64,000 nt of DNA, from NCBI GenBank assembly GCA_048884965.1, contig JBHLQH010000004.1:1-64000 (forward strand), written 5' to 3'. Under the pieces are notes generated by a model. That model saw nothing but the letters and a program-made list of their open reading frames with translations, had not been told where the DNA came from and did not search any database. Made by a program: the position numbers and the translations under genes. The stretch's first letter is position 1; each line of letters begins with the position of its first letter. This DNA comes from Candidatus Thorarchaeota archaeon (GTDB lineage: Archaea; Asgardarchaeota; Thorarchaeia; Thorarchaeales; Thorarchaeaceae). Shown here piece after piece: positions 62,255 through 64,000 of the stretch.

Positions 62255-63540
62255 ATGAAGAACAAAGCGACCAATGAACAATAGACTGTAATGATAATAA
62301 GATGAAATATGGCAATGGGCAGGACTACCTTTGTGAATTGAATGAATGTTATGGGGCGGTGGCCTTTCTCAGCTAGAGAAACAGCAATCATATTCGGAGC
62401 ATCACCAAACGGAATCGCATACCCACCTACATTTGTTCCTGCTAAGAGGGCCATAGGTACAACAGGATTCATTCCCCCGAACTGAACAGCGAGGGGAGCC
62501 AAAACTGCAGCTACAGGGATGTTATCAACGATGGATAATGCGAATCCGGGAATCCAAATCATCAATATGATGGCAATGAAGATATTCCCTCCAGTTACTG
62601 CACCTAATCCATTTGCCAGATCCGATACCGTTCCAGTCATGTTTAGCGCCACAACAAGACCAAAGAGACCTATGAGAAAGAAAATTGTATCCCAAGACAG
62701 TTGACGAATAAACTCCTTCGCACGCTTTTCTGAGAAGATAAGCATCCCCGATGCGATGAGCAATGCGATCATGGTGACATCTATCTCAAAGGTAGGAGCC
62801 AACATGAAACCTGTAAGAAGTATCGCCATCGCAATTACGGAAAGATAGAAGTCGCGTTTGGAATTAATCATGACTCTTGGGGGGAGGAGGAAGATGAAAT
62901 CAGATTCGTGTGATTCGTTCTCAGCTAATGAGTCTTTGAATTGTCTTAGCAGAATGGGAATAGTCAGAATGAAAAGGATTATTGACAGTGGCATTAGAAT
63001 GATGAACATAAGACTTGCATTAACACCGGTCCACAGTGCAATGACGAGGTTCGGCACCGATCCGACAATTGTTGGGAATGATGCGAAGTTAGCTATTATG
63101 ACTTCGGATATCAATAATGGTCTGAAGTCCATGTCAATAGCTCTACAGATCTCGACCGTGAATGTACCTATGACTAGCATGGTTGGAAGAGGATCGAGAA
63201 AGAGTGATATCGCGAATACAAAGCCCATCATATATAGAAAGACCTTCCGTGGGTTGCCTTCGGTCCTTCTGACAAGAATCAGTGCAAGATATTGAAACAT
63301 CCCAGATGATGCTGCCACTGCAACTATAATCAACATAGCAGCAATGAACAAAATAGATCCCCACTCAATCGCTACAAGATACTCTGAGAATGATATACCA
63401 TCCACAACAAAAAGGACTACACCTGCAAGGGACATTCCGAAGATTGTAATGGCAGTTTCATCGGTTCGTTCAGACATGATTAGCAGGAGGACGATGATGA
63501 AAATAGCAAGAACAAGAATCGAAGATAATCCCATACACAA
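62251..63540 (-). CDS. ArsB/NhaD/SLC13-family ion transporter
   Basis: TIVGSVPN, WDTIFFLIGLF, VDNIP, GTNVGG..IPFG.APN. Confidence 0.88.
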   Translation of the reverse strand: MCMGLSSILVLAIFIIVLLLIMSERTDETAITIFGMSLAGVVLFVVDGISFSEYLVAIEWGSILFIAAMLIIVAVAASSGMFQYLALILVRRTEGNPRKVFLYMMGFVFAISLFLDPLPTMLVIGTFTVEICRAIDMDFRPLLISEVIIANFASFPTIVGSVPNLVIALWTGVNASLMFIILMPLSIILFILTIPILLRQFKDSLAENESHESDFIFLLPPRVMINSKRDFYLSVIAMAILLTGFMLAPTFEIDVTMIALLIASGMLIFSEKRAKEFIRQLSWDTIFFLIGLFGLVVALNMTGTVSDLANGLGAVTGGNIFIAIILMIWIPGFALSIVDNIPVAAVLAPLAVQFGGMNPVVPMALLAGTNVGGYAIPFGDAPNMIAVSLAEKGHRPITFIQFTKVVLPIAIFHLIIITVYCSLVALFFI

Positions 63541-63636
63541 TCACGTATATGAGCTCTCCATACCAACCTATAAACTGTACTAGAATCGTCAAGAAAAAAG
63601 AAGGGGAGAGGGGATGGTCCCCTCATTGTACTACTA

Positions 63637-64000
63637 TTACTTGTTCCTCATAAGCACATATCCGCCAACGAGGACAACTACTGCGGCTCCGATACCACCA
63701 ACAACAAGGGCCAGTGTTATATCAACTGGAGGTTCACCAGTATTTGTCGTAGGAGTGGTACTCCTGTCAAGACCATAGAAGAAATTGGGATTTCGACTTA
63801 GCTCAACGAACTCACCGTCAATTGCTTCAGTGATATTGAATGGTCCAGAGGTTACCATTGGCGATGCGGGAGGATCTGGCTGGTATTGTTGCCAGTCATC
63901 AGGATCAAGATCTTCAAAGATATGCTTGGGGATAATTGGGTCATAGCCACACAGATGCAGATTCCAGAATGACTCGGTGGAGTACTCGACTACTACCTGA
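63637..64000 (-). CDS. ABC peptide-type substrate-binding protein (family 5), C-terminal part; 5' end outside window
   Basis: IIPKHIF, VTSGPF, VELSRNPNF, followed by Thr-rich linker and TM anchor. Confidence 0.8.
   Translation of the reverse strand, partial: QVVVEYSTESFWNLHLCGYDPIIPKHIFEDLDPDDWQQYQPDPPASPMVTSGPFNITEAIDGEFVELSRNPNFFYGLDRSTTPTTNTGEPPVDITLALVVGGIGAAVVVLVGGYVLMRNK

Overview
This is a gene-dense archaeal chromosomal window of about 65 CDS, most likely from an Asgard archaeon (Thorarchaeota-like). That assignment is an inference from an archaeal-type ThrRS, a Rab-like small GTPase, a double-domain Lrp regulator and Thr-rich C-terminal membrane anchors. I could not support any rRNA, tRNA, CRISPR array or transposase. 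The content is mostly accessory metabolism: a DUF4386/DUF6326/TetR/4x MDR-oxidoreductase island, seven GNATs, GH2 beta-galactosidase, ComDE-like decarboxylase, thiolase and several Fe-S/Mo/W oxidoreductases. The strongest candidate for an undescribed system is a 1210-aa in-frame fusion of an aldehyde:ferredoxin oxidoreductase to an acyl-CoA synthetase, divergent from a MoaD-like gene and two SCP2 lipid-carrier genes (21.8-27.4 kb). A second SCP2 / VAO-type flavoprotein / HdrD-like operon lies at 50-53 kb. Other notable items are a ~260-nt structured putative ncRNA at 31.06-31.32 kb, a Mo enzyme with a ferredoxin inserted in domain IV, a FYVE/LIM-like Zn-finger methyltransferase, a GRAM-like protein, a bilobed retropepsin with tandem palindromic operators, a TGGTCAC-N24-GTGACCA motif shared by two distant promoters, and several pseudogene remnants. 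All family calls come from motif recognition by eye, and no database search was run.
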